Origin: Nitrospirota bacterium
GTDB lineage: Bacteria > Nitrospirota > Nitrospiria > SBBL01 > JAADHI01
NCBI GenBank assembly: GCA_029261155.1
Contig: JAJDBW010000029.1
Location: forward strand, 1 to 64,000
Length of the DNA: 64,000 bases
Direction: 5' to 3'
Part shown: positions 27,952-36,584 of the stretch, piece after piece
Layout of the letters: every line of letters starts with the position of its first letter
Numbering within the stretch: position 1 is the stretch's first letter
The notes under the pieces: generated by a model
What the model was told of the DNA's origin: nothing
Seen by the model: only the letters and a program-made list of their open reading frames with translations
Databases searched by the model: none
Position numbers and translations under genes: made by a program

Positions 27952-29826
27952 ATGAAAAAACCGTACGCACATTATTTAGACTTTTGTTTTACCCTCCTGT
28001 TCACACTCAGCGTGGTCACGCCCGCAGATGCGGAAACTGCGTCAGATAAAAGCCTTGCCGTCCTTCCACCGGTTGTGGTGACGGCCACGAAAGTCGAAGT
28101 CCCTTTACGAGAAACCGCGGCTTCGACCACCGTGATCGACGGACGGACCTTAGAAGAAAAGCACACCAACACGGTCCTCGATGCCCTACGCGCAGTCCCG
28201 GGACTTCATGTGGTGCAAAACGGCGGTCCGGGTTCGGCCACTTCGGTTTTTATACGCGGCGCGAAATCCGAACACACCCTGGTATTAATCGACGGCGTTC
28301 AAGTCAATAGTCCGACCTTGGGACTCTATAATTTCGCGAACCTAACGACGGATAACATTGAACGCATCGAAATCATACGGGGTCCGCAAAGCACGCTCTA
28401 TGGTTCGGACGCGATTGGCGGGGTGATTCATATCATCACAAAAAAAGGGAGCGGCCCCTTCTCCGGATCGGCATCCTTCGAAGGTGGCGCTTTCGACAGC
28501 TTCAAGGAAGAGGTTCAATTGAATGGCGCGGCGGGACACTTCGATTATTCTTTTTCGGCGGCGCGCTTCGATACCGAAGGTTTCTCGAAGGCCAACGCGG
28601 CGGCCGGCAATACCGAGGAAGACGCCTATGGCAACACCACGGTTTCTTCGCGACTCGGACTCAACTTTACGCAGGACGCCCGCTTGGATTGGAGCCTTCG
28701 TTTCAGCGATGCCAAGGTGAATCTGGACAATTCCTTTCCTGTGATGGACGACCTCAATGCCAGCCAGGAAAACGAAAGCCTGTCAACCGCATTGATCCTG
28801 GTCACGCCGGTCATCGAAAATTGGAGTCAAAAACTTCAAGGCCACTTCCAGCAGGAGGAAAGCGTGGGTAAAGACCCCGACACCGCTTTTAATAATTTTA
28901 AAATCAAAACACGGGTCGAGGAGGTCGACTGGCAGCACACGATCAATTTCGGGGAACACACGAACTTCAGCCTTGGCTACGCCTACGAACAACAAGCAGG
29001 AGAAAATGTCGGTACTTTCGATAAACGACTGCGCACCCAAGCCCATTATGGCTTTTACCAAACTCAACTGGCGGCCTTGATCCTCAACCTCGGCCTCCGC
29101 CACGATGACAATAATCAGTTCGGTGGCAAGACCACCTATAAAACAGAGGCCGCCTTCCTAATCGATGACGAAGGGAGTAAAATCAGAGGGGCCTATGGCA
29201 CCGGATTTCATGGACCGACTTTAAACGACCTCTACTTTCCCGGATTCGGCAATCCCAACCTGAAGCCGGAAGAAAGCGAAAGCCTCGAAGTCGGCTTCGA
29301 TCTCAATCGCATGGACGGGCGATTGAATTTCTCCGCAAGCTATTTCCAAACGCAGATAGAACAATTGATCGTCTTTGTTTTCGATCCGAATACTTTTCTA
29401 GGCATGCCGGAAAACGTAGAGAAGGCTAAAATAAGCGGCTGGGAAATTGGGGCCACTGTGGAAATAACAAAGCGTGTTCAGCTTTCCGGTGAATACACCT
29501 TTACGGACACTCAAAACGAGACGACCGGCGCGGAACTCGCCCGCCGTCCGAAACACAAGGCCAGCGCAACCCTGACGCTCAAACCGATCGACCCTTTGCG
29601 CATTGATTTCGGCCTACTTCATGTCGGGAAACGATTTAACGACACGGCGAACACAAACCTCATGGGCGACTACACCGTGTTTAAGCTGAGCGGCAACATC
29701 GACATCAAAAAAAATATCCAGATTTTTGCCCGAATCGAAAATCTTTTCGACCGTCATTATGAAGAGGTCGCCGGATTCGGCACGGCAGGCCTATCCGCCT
29801 ATGGGGGTTTAAAAATTTCTTTCTAA
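27952..29826 (+). CDS. btuB: TonB-dependent vitamin B12 outer-membrane receptor
   Basis: Has a signal peptide, a TonB box/plug (VVVTATK…DALRAVPGLHVVQNGGPGSATSVFIRGAKSEHTLVLIDGVQVN) and a C-terminal beta-barrel ending …F. It is downstream of the cobalamin riboswitch. Confidence 0.9.
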   Translation: MKKPYAHYLDFCFTLLFTLSVVTPADAETASDKSLAVLPPVVVTATKVEVPLRETAASTTVIDGRTLEEKHTNTVLDALRAVPGLHVVQNGGPGSATSVFIRGAKSEHTLVLIDGVQVNSPTLGLYNFANLTTDNIERIEIIRGPQSTLYGSDAIGGVIHIITKKGSGPFSGSASFEGGAFDSFKEEVQLNGAAGHFDYSFSAARFDTEGFSKANAAAGNTEEDAYGNTTVSSRLGLNFTQDARLDWSLRFSDAKVNLDNSFPVMDDLNASQENESLSTALILVTPVIENWSQKLQGHFQQEESVGKDPDTAFNNFKIKTRVEEVDWQHTINFGEHTNFSLGYAYEQQAGENVGTFDKRLRTQAHYGFYQTQLAALILNLGLRHDDNNQFGGKTTYKTEAAFLIDDEGSKIRGAYGTGFHGPTLNDLYFPGFGNPNLKPEESESLEVGFDLNRMDGRLNFSASYFQTQIEQLIVFVFDPNTFLGMPENVEKAKISGWEIGATVEITKRVQLSGEYTFTDTQNETTGAELARRPKHKASATLTLKPIDPLRIDFGLLHVGKRFNDTANTNLMGDYTVFKLSGNIDIKKNIQIFARIENLFDRHYEEVAGFGTAGLSAYGGLKISF

Positions 29827-29853
29827 GAATAAACTGTCTTAAAGTGAGCACCC

Positions 29854-30801
29854 ATGAAAATCGTCTCCTTTCTCCCCAGTGCCACCGAAATTGTGTATGC
29901 CCTTGGTTTGGAAGACCAACTTGTCGGCGTCACCCACGAGTGCGACTATCCCTCCCATGCGAGGGACAAACCCGTGGCTGTCCGCAGCGCCCTCGACATG
30001 ACCAATCTCGGACAAGAAGAAATCGACCAAAGCGTCCGCGAAGCCCTGCATGCAGGTAAAAGCCTCTACGCCGTCGATGAAGCCTTCATGAAATCGGCCG
30101 AACCCGATTTGATTCTCACGCAGGACCTCTGCCAGGTCTGTGCCCCCTCCGGAAACGAAATTACTACATTGTTAAAATCGCTCCACAAAAAACCGGAGAT
30201 CCTTTGGCTGACACCGACTTGTATCCAAGACATTTTAGAGAACATCAAAACCGTCGGCGATGCGACGGGCAAAACTTCCGAGGCCGAGGCCCTCGTGGAC
30301 AAATTACGAGAAAGAATCACGACGATTAAAAACCGCGTGCAGCACATTCCTTCTCGCCCGCGCGTCTTCTTCATGGAATGGCTTTCGCCCCCTTATTGCG
30401 GAGGTCATTGGGTGGGAGAGATGATTGACCTCGTCGGAGGTTTCGACGGCTTTGCAAAAAAGGGCGGCGACTCCATCCGCATCCCTTGGAAAGCAATTAC
30501 AGCCAACGCACCGGAGATACTCATTCTTTCGCCTTGCGGATTCGATCTCCCGCAAGTCATCGAACAAGCCGAACTGCTCACCCATTTTTCCGGCTGGGAA
30601 AAACTTCCCGCCGTTCAAAAGGCACAAGTCTTCGCAGTCGACGCCAACAGCTACTTCGCCCGGCCGGGCCCGCGCGTGGTGGACGGCATTGAATTGCTGG
30701 CCCACCTTTTTCACGCGGAGGAATTCGAATGGGCGGGCCCGGAGGATGCGTATCGAGTTTTGGATAGGGAGATGCTAGAATCCTTGGCATCGTCAAAGTA
30801 A
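29854..30801 (+). CDS. BtuF-like cobalamin-binding protein (periplasmic-binding-protein fold, no signal peptide)
   Basis: Begins directly with MKIVSFLPSATEIVYALGLEDQLVGVT, a BtuF/FecB-type core. No N-terminal signal sequence is present. Confidence 0.68.
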   Translation: MKIVSFLPSATEIVYALGLEDQLVGVTHECDYPSHARDKPVAVRSALDMTNLGQEEIDQSVREALHAGKSLYAVDEAFMKSAEPDLILTQDLCQVCAPSGNEITTLLKSLHKKPEILWLTPTCIQDILENIKTVGDATGKTSEAEALVDKLRERITTIKNRVQHIPSRPRVFFMEWLSPPYCGGHWVGEMIDLVGGFDGFAKKGGDSIRIPWKAITANAPEILILSPCGFDLPQVIEQAELLTHFSGWEKLPAVQKAQVFAVDANSYFARPGPRVVDGIELLAHLFHAEEFEWAGPEDAYRVLDREMLESLASSK

Positions 30802-30811
30802 ACCGGGGAAA

Positions 30812-30848
30812 GGCAAATCCCCCCTTGCCCCCCTTTTTCAAAGTGGGG
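30812..30848. repeat. REP-like palindromic element, type A (GGCAAATCCCCCC-TTG-CCCCCCTTTTTCAAAGTGGGG)
   Basis: G5/C5 palindrome. Near-identical copy at 34108..34145 and inverted copy at 31325..31363. Confidence 0.7.
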
Positions 30849-30881
30849 TAAAAGATTAGTGGAGTTCTTTTCTTCTTTAGA

Positions 30882-30923
30882 TTTTTCCCCCTTTACAACA
30901 AAGGGGGATGAAGGGGGATTTTT
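30882..30923. repeat. REP-like palindromic element, type B (TTTCCCCCTTTACAACAAAGGGGGATGAAGGGGGATTT)
   Basis: Inverse arrangement of type A. Similar copy at 34044..34077. Confidence 0.7.
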
Positions 30924-30926
30924 ACA

Positions 30927-31310
30927 ATGCTCAACTACAACCCCAAGCTAAAACCTTTGGCGCGGCGGCTGCGCGCTGAGATGACGGAGAGCGAAAAGAA
31001 ACTTTGGTTCTATTTGCGGAATAGGCAGATGGGCATTCCTTTTTACCGACAGAAATCCATTGGGAATGTCATTGTAGATTTTTACGGACCGAAAGCCAAG
31101 CTGGTGATCGAGGTGGATGGCTCGCAACACTTCGAGGACGATCACCGAGAAAGCGATCTCAGTCGCGACAGATATCTGACCGAAAAAGGCCTGCACGTTT
31201 TGCGATTCGATAACTTCCAAATCTTGCAACAAACTCAGGCCGTTCTGGAAATCATCGCGAGAGAAATCCCCCTCCATCCCCCTTTGCCAAAGGGGGACAA
31301 AACCAAATGA
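30927..31310 (+). CDS. DUF559 endonuclease-domain protein (Vsr/restriction-endonuclease-like fold)
   Basis: Carries LARRLRAEMTESEKKLWFYLRNRQMGIPFYRQKSIGNVIVDFYGPKAKLVIEVDGSQH…LHVLRFDNFQI, which matches DUF559. The 3' end of the CDS is itself built from a REP-like copy. Confidence 0.8.
   Translation: MLNYNPKLKPLARRLRAEMTESEKKLWFYLRNRQMGIPFYRQKSIGNVIVDFYGPKAKLVIEVDGSQHFEDDHRESDLSRDRYLTEKGLHVLRFDNFQILQQTQAVLEIIAREIPLHPPLPKGDKTK
31264..31296. repeat. REP-like palindromic element inside the 3' end of the DUF559 CDS
   Basis: AAATCCCCCTCCATCCCCCTTTGCCAAAGGGGG encodes …IPLHPPLPKGD…. Confidence 0.6.
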
Positions 31311-31324
31311 AAAGCACCACAATG

Positions 31325-31363
31325 TTTTACCCCACTTTGGAAAAGAGGGGCAAGGGGGGATTT
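31325..31363. repeat. REP-like palindromic element (reverse complement of type A)
   Basis: TTTTACCCCACTTTGGAAAAGAGGGGCAAGGGGGGATTT is the reverse complement of the 30812..30848 copy. Together the two bracket the DUF559 gene. Confidence 0.7.
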
Positions 31364-31383
31364 AATGTCGCAAGAGGTGACAC

Positions 31384-33417
31384 ATGATAGGCCCTGAAAT
31401 CGCCGCCGGAGCCGCTATGCTTAAAACATTTCAATGGGTATGGGATAACTTCGGCAAAGAGATTAGCCAATCCGCAAGCGGAGCCATTCAAAAAAAATGG
31501 AAGTCGTTTCAGTACAAATCCGCCGCCACTGCATATGCGCAACAAATGAAAAAGCGCTACGGCCAGATGCAGCTATGGAAGATGTCTGCACCCACCTCGG
31601 TCGATCAAATTTTCACGCAGGTCAATATCCTCGAAAAACAATCTGCTTTTCGTCACTTGCCCAAGGCACAGATCGAAAAGATGATCTTAAACGAAGCTTC
31701 TTTTGGAGAGACGGTCGAAAAAAGGAAGGACGGCATGGCCGTCGTGCGGGAAAATAATCGTCTGTTCATTCTCGGCAAACCGGGTGCGGGCAAAACCACC
31801 TTTCTTAAACACATCACCTTGCAGGCGATCAAGGGCAAGATCGACGCCATTCCCATCTTTGTGACCCTGCAGGAACTTTCTGAATCCCAACTCACCTTAA
31901 TGGATTTTATCACCCAGCAATTCGATATCTGCGGATTTCCGGAAGCCCTGCCCTTTATTGAAACCCTTTTAAAAGAGGGCAAGGCCATTGTGCTTTTTGA
32001 TGGACTCGACGAGGTCAACACGGCCCAGGGCCTGCGCGACAAACAGATTCAAGCCATGAAAGACTTTAGCCACAAATATGATCGGAGCAAAGTGGTCATC
32101 ACCTGCCGGGTCGCGGCCACCGAATACAATTTTGAAGGCTTTACCTATGTCGAAATGGCGGATTTTGACGACGAACAAATCAAAACCTTTGTCCGCCTTT
32201 GGTTTGCAAAAAATAAAAAGACCTCTGAATTGTTTTTCGAGGCCTTTAAAAAACAAGAAGGCAATCGGTTGCGTGATCTAGCGAAGAACCCCTTTCTCTT
32301 AACGCTCTTGTGCATTGGTTTTGAAGAAACCTTGCGCTTCCCCAATCGCCGTTCCGAGATTTATGGAGAGGCCCTCAATGCCCTGCTGCAAAAACGAGAC
32401 AGCTCCCGGGGAATTAAGAGAGACGAGATCTATCACAAGCTTTCCCTGGGTCGGAAAAACCAGATGTTCGCCCGCATCGCCGCAGAGACTTTTGAAAAAG
32501 GGAAATACCTTATTGAAAAGAAACCCTTGGAAAAGAAAATCGTCGCATACTTGAAAAATCTACCTCCCGGCGACCCAGGAGAAGAGATTGACGGCGAAGC
32601 CGTGCTCAAAGCCATTGAGGCCCAGCACGGCATCTTTGTCGAACGGGCAAAAGGCATCTACTCCTTTGCTCATCTCTCTTTTCAGGAATACTACGCGGCC
32701 CAATATACGGTTTCACACCCCAAACAAATCCAAAAACTCATTGCTTATTGTGGAGATCCCCGTTGGCGCGAGGTCTTTCTTTTAACGGCGGAATTGTTGG
32801 ATGATGCGGATAGCTTTTTTGATCATTTTATTCGCCAATTGAATGAACATGCATCGAAAGAAGAAAGGCTTAATGCACTGTTAGTAAAAGGGAGGGGTCG
32901 CACTTTTGAACTAAGAATACTTGCACTATGGAATAACATAATTTCTACCAGGGCCCTCGATAGCTCTCTCACCACCATATCAAACGACGCCATCGTGCTC
33001 ATCGCTAAAGTCCTCCCCTACGATCTCTCGAAAAGCGCTAGCTCACGCAACCTCGACAAGGCCCTCGCCCGCACGAGAGCCGACGTCCTCGACCGCGAGC
33101 TCACCAGAGGCCGCGATTGGTTTAAGGAAGCGCTGTCATTTAGTCAAAAAGAAGATAAAGCATGCCACTGTTTACTTGCCAAGCTTTCATTTCCCCGGAA
33201 GAATGCCACAAAGAAAACCCGGCAAGACTTTGCGGATGCGGTTTACAAAATTTTCAAAGCAAGGTGTCGCATTGAAGACTATGAATTTACAACGGAAGAG
33301 TTCCAACACGTGAATAAATATCTCGAAGCCACCATACTACTACACGACTGCCTCAAGGTTGCGTATGTCTCGGATCGTGCAGGTATTGAAGACCAGTTGT
33401 TGCAGCCAGCGAGGTAG
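31384..33417 (+). CDS. NACHT-domain STAND NTPase (bacterial NLR-like)
   Basis: Walker A is GKPGAGKTT. Walker B is IVLFDGLDEV. The NACHT GxP/sensor region is NPFLLTLLC. About 110 N-terminal residues and ~300 C-terminal helical residues are unassigned. Confidence 0.8.
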   Translation: MIGPEIAAGAAMLKTFQWVWDNFGKEISQSASGAIQKKWKSFQYKSAATAYAQQMKKRYGQMQLWKMSAPTSVDQIFTQVNILEKQSAFRHLPKAQIEKMILNEASFGETVEKRKDGMAVVRENNRLFILGKPGAGKTTFLKHITLQAIKGKIDAIPIFVTLQELSESQLTLMDFITQQFDICGFPEALPFIETLLKEGKAIVLFDGLDEVNTAQGLRDKQIQAMKDFSHKYDRSKVVITCRVAATEYNFEGFTYVEMADFDDEQIKTFVRLWFAKNKKTSELFFEAFKKQEGNRLRDLAKNPFLLTLLCIGFEETLRFPNRRSEIYGEALNALLQKRDSSRGIKRDEIYHKLSLGRKNQMFARIAAETFEKGKYLIEKKPLEKKIVAYLKNLPPGDPGEEIDGEAVLKAIEAQHGIFVERAKGIYSFAHLSFQEYYAAQYTVSHPKQIQKLIAYCGDPRWREVFLLTAELLDDADSFFDHFIRQLNEHASKEERLNALLVKGRGRTFELRILALWNNIISTRALDSSLTTISNDAIVLIAKVLPYDLSKSASSRNLDKALARTRADVLDRELTRGRDWFKEALSFSQKEDKACHCLLAKLSFPRKNATKKTRQDFADAVYKIFKARCRIEDYEFTTEEFQHVNKYLEATILLHDCLKVAYVSDRAGIEDQLLQPAR

Positions 33418-33446
33418 GACTCAACTATATATAAAGGACAAAACCC

Positions 33447-34031
33447 ATGCGCATCACAAAAGTTTACACACGCACCGGAGACAAAGGCACGACCCGCTTG
33501 GCGGGCGGACAGGAAATCACAAAAGATCATCTCCGCATCGAGAGCTACGGAACGGTCGATGAGTTGAATGCCATCGTCGGCCTGGCGCGGGTCTTCACGC
33601 AGGAACTTCCGGAGACGATGCCGGAGCGCGACCGACTCGATGAAGCCCTGCAAGGGATGCAGGACCGGCTCTTCGACATCGGCGGTATTCTGGCCTCACC
33701 GCCGGGTAAAGAATCTCAAGAAATGAAGGCCATCTTAAACCGGGAGATCGACGGCCTCGAGGCCTTGATGGACGATTGCCAAAAATCGCTTGAACCCTTG
33801 AAGGAATTCATCCTGCCCGGCGGTGGAAAAATCGCGGCCTTTCTGCACCAGGCAAGGACGGTGTGCCGACGCGCGGAGCGGCTCTGCGTAACGCTCAATC
33901 GAGAAGAGGCTGTGCCGGAAGAAGTGCTGCGTTATTTGAATCGCCTGAGCGACGCCTTCTTTGTGCTCTCCCGCTGGATCGCCAAAGTCCAAGGCGAAAG
34001 CGAAACCCTCTGGCGGCGGCATAAAACATGA
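33447..34031 (+). CDS. PduO-type ATP:cob(I)alamin adenosyltransferase
   Basis: Carries MRITKVYTRTGDKGTTRL…GTVDELN. This is the PduO/MMAB N-terminal family. Confidence 0.87.
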   Translation: MRITKVYTRTGDKGTTRLAGGQEITKDHLRIESYGTVDELNAIVGLARVFTQELPETMPERDRLDEALQGMQDRLFDIGGILASPPGKESQEMKAILNREIDGLEALMDDCQKSLEPLKEFILPGGGKIAAFLHQARTVCRRAERLCVTLNREEAVPEEVLRYLNRLSDAFFVLSRWIAKVQGESETLWRRHKT

Positions 34032-34043
34032 CATTGTTTTAAC

Positions 34044-34077
34044 TTCCCCCTTTGACAAAGGGGGAGTGAGGGGGATT
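34044..34077. repeat. REP-like palindromic element (type B-like)
   Basis: TTCCCCCTTTGACAAAGGGGGAGTGAGGGGGATTT. Confidence 0.7.
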
Positions 34078-34107
34078 TATCTTTTTGGTTCTAAGCGTCA
34101 ACATTAA

Positions 34108-34145
34108 AGGCAAATCCCCCCTAGCCCCCCTTTGCTAAAGGGGGG
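34108..34145. repeat. REP-like palindromic element (type A-like)
   Basis: GGCAAATCCCCCCTAGCCCCCCTTTGCTAAAGGGGGG. Confidence 0.7.
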
Positions 34146-34173
34146 AATGACAAGAGAAGTTAAATTCAAAAAG

Positions 34174-35700
34174 ATGAATAAAAATTCAAAAACAAAATAC
34201 CTTATGATTCAAGGGACCGGCTCACATGTGGGCAAGAGCGTGATCGTGTCGGCGCTCTGCCGGATCTTCGCCAATCAGGGCCTGCGCGTCGCGCCTTTTA
34301 AGGCGCAGAACATGGCGCTGAATTCCTTTATAACGGCCGAAGGCGGGGAGGTCGGGCGCTCGACGGCGGTACAGGCCAAGGCAGCGCGGGCCATTTTGCA
34401 GGTGGAAATGAATCCCGTGCTTTTAAAACCCAAGGGCGAAAAAGAGGCGCAGTTTATTCTCAACGGCAGGGCCCATGCCGACATCTCGGCCTTCGACCAA
34501 TTCCATCAAAATAAAATCCTGCGGGATATGAAGTGGGAGGCCATCCGAGAGGGCCTGGCTGCGCTGTCCCAGGATTACGAACGCATTGTCATCGAAGGCG
34601 CGGGCAGCCCGGCGGAAGTCAACTTGCGCGCCTTCGATCTCGTGAACATGGAAGTCGCCCGCCACTGCGGCGCGCCGGTGCTCTTGGTGACGGACATCGA
34701 CAAAGGCGGCAGCCTCGCGTCCATCGTCGGGACTTTAGAATTGTTGACCGAGGAAGAGCGCGCCCAAGTAAAAGGCTTCATCTTCAACAAATTCCGGGGC
34801 GACAAGCGGCTCTTCGATCCGGCCATCGATTTTTTAAAAAATAAAACGGGCCTGCCCACCTTGGGCTTGGTCCCCTTCGACCCCACACTTGCGCTGATGG
34901 AAGAGGACGCCCTGCGAGAACTCGCTCCCACGAACGGCGATCCGGAGATCGACATCGCCGTCGTCGCCCACCGCCACCTTTCCAATTTTACGGACTTCGA
35001 TCCCCTGTTGATCGAAGCGGGCGTCCAAGTGCGTTTCGTGCGCACGCCCGCGCAATTGGGCAAGCCCGATGCAATCATCCTGCCCGGCAGCAAGAATACG
35101 ATGAACGATCTGCAGCATCTTTACGACACGGGCCTGGCAGGGCGCATCCAAAAGCTGGCCGAGGAAGGCTTGCCCATCGTTGGCATCTGCGGCGGCTATC
35201 AAATGATGGGCAAGGAATTGTTCGATCCGGACAAGGTCGAATCGAAACAAGGCGTGCTCGAAGGCCTGGGCCTGCTCGATGTGGTAACGGAATTTCAGGT
35301 GGAAAAAATCACGCGGCAGGTGCGGCTGCGGGCCTCGGGCCAGCCGCCTTTTTTCTCCGATGCGGAAGAGGAGGTCGAGGGCTACGAAATCCACTGCGGC
35401 GCGACGCGCTCGGTGGCATCCATCGGCAACCCCGCCTTCTTCGGGACCTTGTTAGAGGAGGAGGAAGGCTGCGTCGACGCCGGCGGCCTAATCTTCGGCA
35501 CGGCCTTGCACGGCCTCTTCGAAAACGACGCCTTCCGCCGCCGCTTCGTGAACGTGCTCCGGGTAAGGAAAAACCTCTTGCCGATACCCGAACCTCTGCT
35601 CTCTTTTCATGAAATAGAAGACGAACAGATCGAACGCTGGGCCGCCTTCGCCGGCGGCCACCTCGATTTGGAAACAATCGAAGCGCTCTTGGACCAGTGA
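34174..35700 (+). CDS. cobQ: Cobyric acid synthase
   Basis: The N-terminal CobQ/CobB ATPase region is LMIQGTGSHVGKS…APFKAQNMALNS. A C-terminal GATase domain follows. Alternative starts lie at 34132, 34147 and 34204. Confidence 0.86.
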   Translation: MNKNSKTKYLMIQGTGSHVGKSVIVSALCRIFANQGLRVAPFKAQNMALNSFITAEGGEVGRSTAVQAKAARAILQVEMNPVLLKPKGEKEAQFILNGRAHADISAFDQFHQNKILRDMKWEAIREGLAALSQDYERIVIEGAGSPAEVNLRAFDLVNMEVARHCGAPVLLVTDIDKGGSLASIVGTLELLTEEERAQVKGFIFNKFRGDKRLFDPAIDFLKNKTGLPTLGLVPFDPTLALMEEDALRELAPTNGDPEIDIAVVAHRHLSNFTDFDPLLIEAGVQVRFVRTPAQLGKPDAIILPGSKNTMNDLQHLYDTGLAGRIQKLAEEGLPIVGICGGYQMMGKELFDPDKVESKQGVLEGLGLLDVVTEFQVEKITRQVRLRASGQPPFFSDAEEEVEGYEIHCGATRSVASIGNPAFFGTLLEEEEGCVDAGGLIFGTALHGLFENDAFRRRFVNVLRVRKNLLPIPEPLLSFHEIEDEQIERWAAFAGGHLDLETIEALLDQ

Positions 35701-36584
35701 TGATTAAAGGCCTCGCTCCATTTTTTATCGTCGCCTTTCTCTTTTTCACGCCCGCAGCCGTGCTTTCGGACAGCGCCAAGCCCCAGCGCATTGTCTCACT
35801 GAGCCTCGGTTCGGATGAGATCCTCCTTTCCCTCGTCGATCCCGCGCGTGTCGTCGCCGTCACGCGCTACGCCGACGACCCCGGCATCTCGCACGTGGCA
35901 CAGGAGGCCAAGGCCGTGCCGAACAAAATCAGCCAAATCGGCGTGGAGTCCATCGTGGCCTTCCGGCCCGATCTCGTGCTTGCGGCCAGCTATACCGCGA
36001 CGGAGCAAGTGGGGCAACTCAAGGCCTTAGGACTGCCCGTGTTAATTCTAGAGGACTTCGTTTCGATGGCGGACATCCAAGCCAACGTCCGCCGGATCGG
36101 CACGGCCCTGGGGGAGACTGAAAAGGCCGAGGCCCTCGTGGCCGAAATGGATCGGCGCTTGGCGGCGGTCGCGGCGCGGCTTTCGGACATCAAAAAAAGG
36201 CCGGGCGTCCTTTCCTTCGGCGTGGAAGGCTGGACCGCAGGCAAGGGGACGCACTTCGACACCCTCCTCCGCCTGGCGGGCGGGCAAAACCTTGCAGCCG
36301 AAGCCGGCATTGTGGGGCATCCGAAACTTTCACTGGAGACCGTGGTCGATTTCGACCCTGAGGTTCTCATCCTCAACGCCTGGCGTCCCGAGGGCGGCGA
36401 GGCCGACCGGCTGGTCCGCGAACACCCGGCCCTGAAAGGGCTTCGCGCAGTAAAAACTGGAAGGGTCTACCGCCTCGAAGGGAAGGACCTTACCACGGTC
36501 TCCCACTTCATCGCCCTGGGCGTCGAGGCCCTGGCCCAAAGGCTTCATCCGGAGCGCTTCCACCCCAGCTTCTCAAAACGATGA
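35697..36584 (+). CDS. btuF: Periplasmic cobalamin/iron-siderophore ABC transporter substrate-binding protein
   Basis: Has a signal peptide followed by a type-III PBP fold (RIVSLSLGSDEILLSL…). The start overlaps the cobQ stop by 4 bp. Confidence 0.8.
   Translation: MMIKGLAPFFIVAFLFFTPAAVLSDSAKPQRIVSLSLGSDEILLSLVDPARVVAVTRYADDPGISHVAQEAKAVPNKISQIGVESIVAFRPDLVLAASYTATEQVGQLKALGLPVLILEDFVSMADIQANVRRIGTALGETEKAEALVAEMDRRLAAVAARLSDIKKRPGVLSFGVEGWTAGKGTHFDTLLRLAGGQNLAAEAGIVGHPKLSLETVVDFDPEVLILNAWRPEGGEADRLVREHPALKGLRAVKTGRVYRLEGKDLTTVSHFIALGVEALAQRLHPERFHPSFSKR

Noticed and set aside
34834-35863. Two overlapping minus-strand ORFs of 186 and 184 aa
   Set aside because: Antisense to cobQ/btuF. Arg-rich low-complexity translations.
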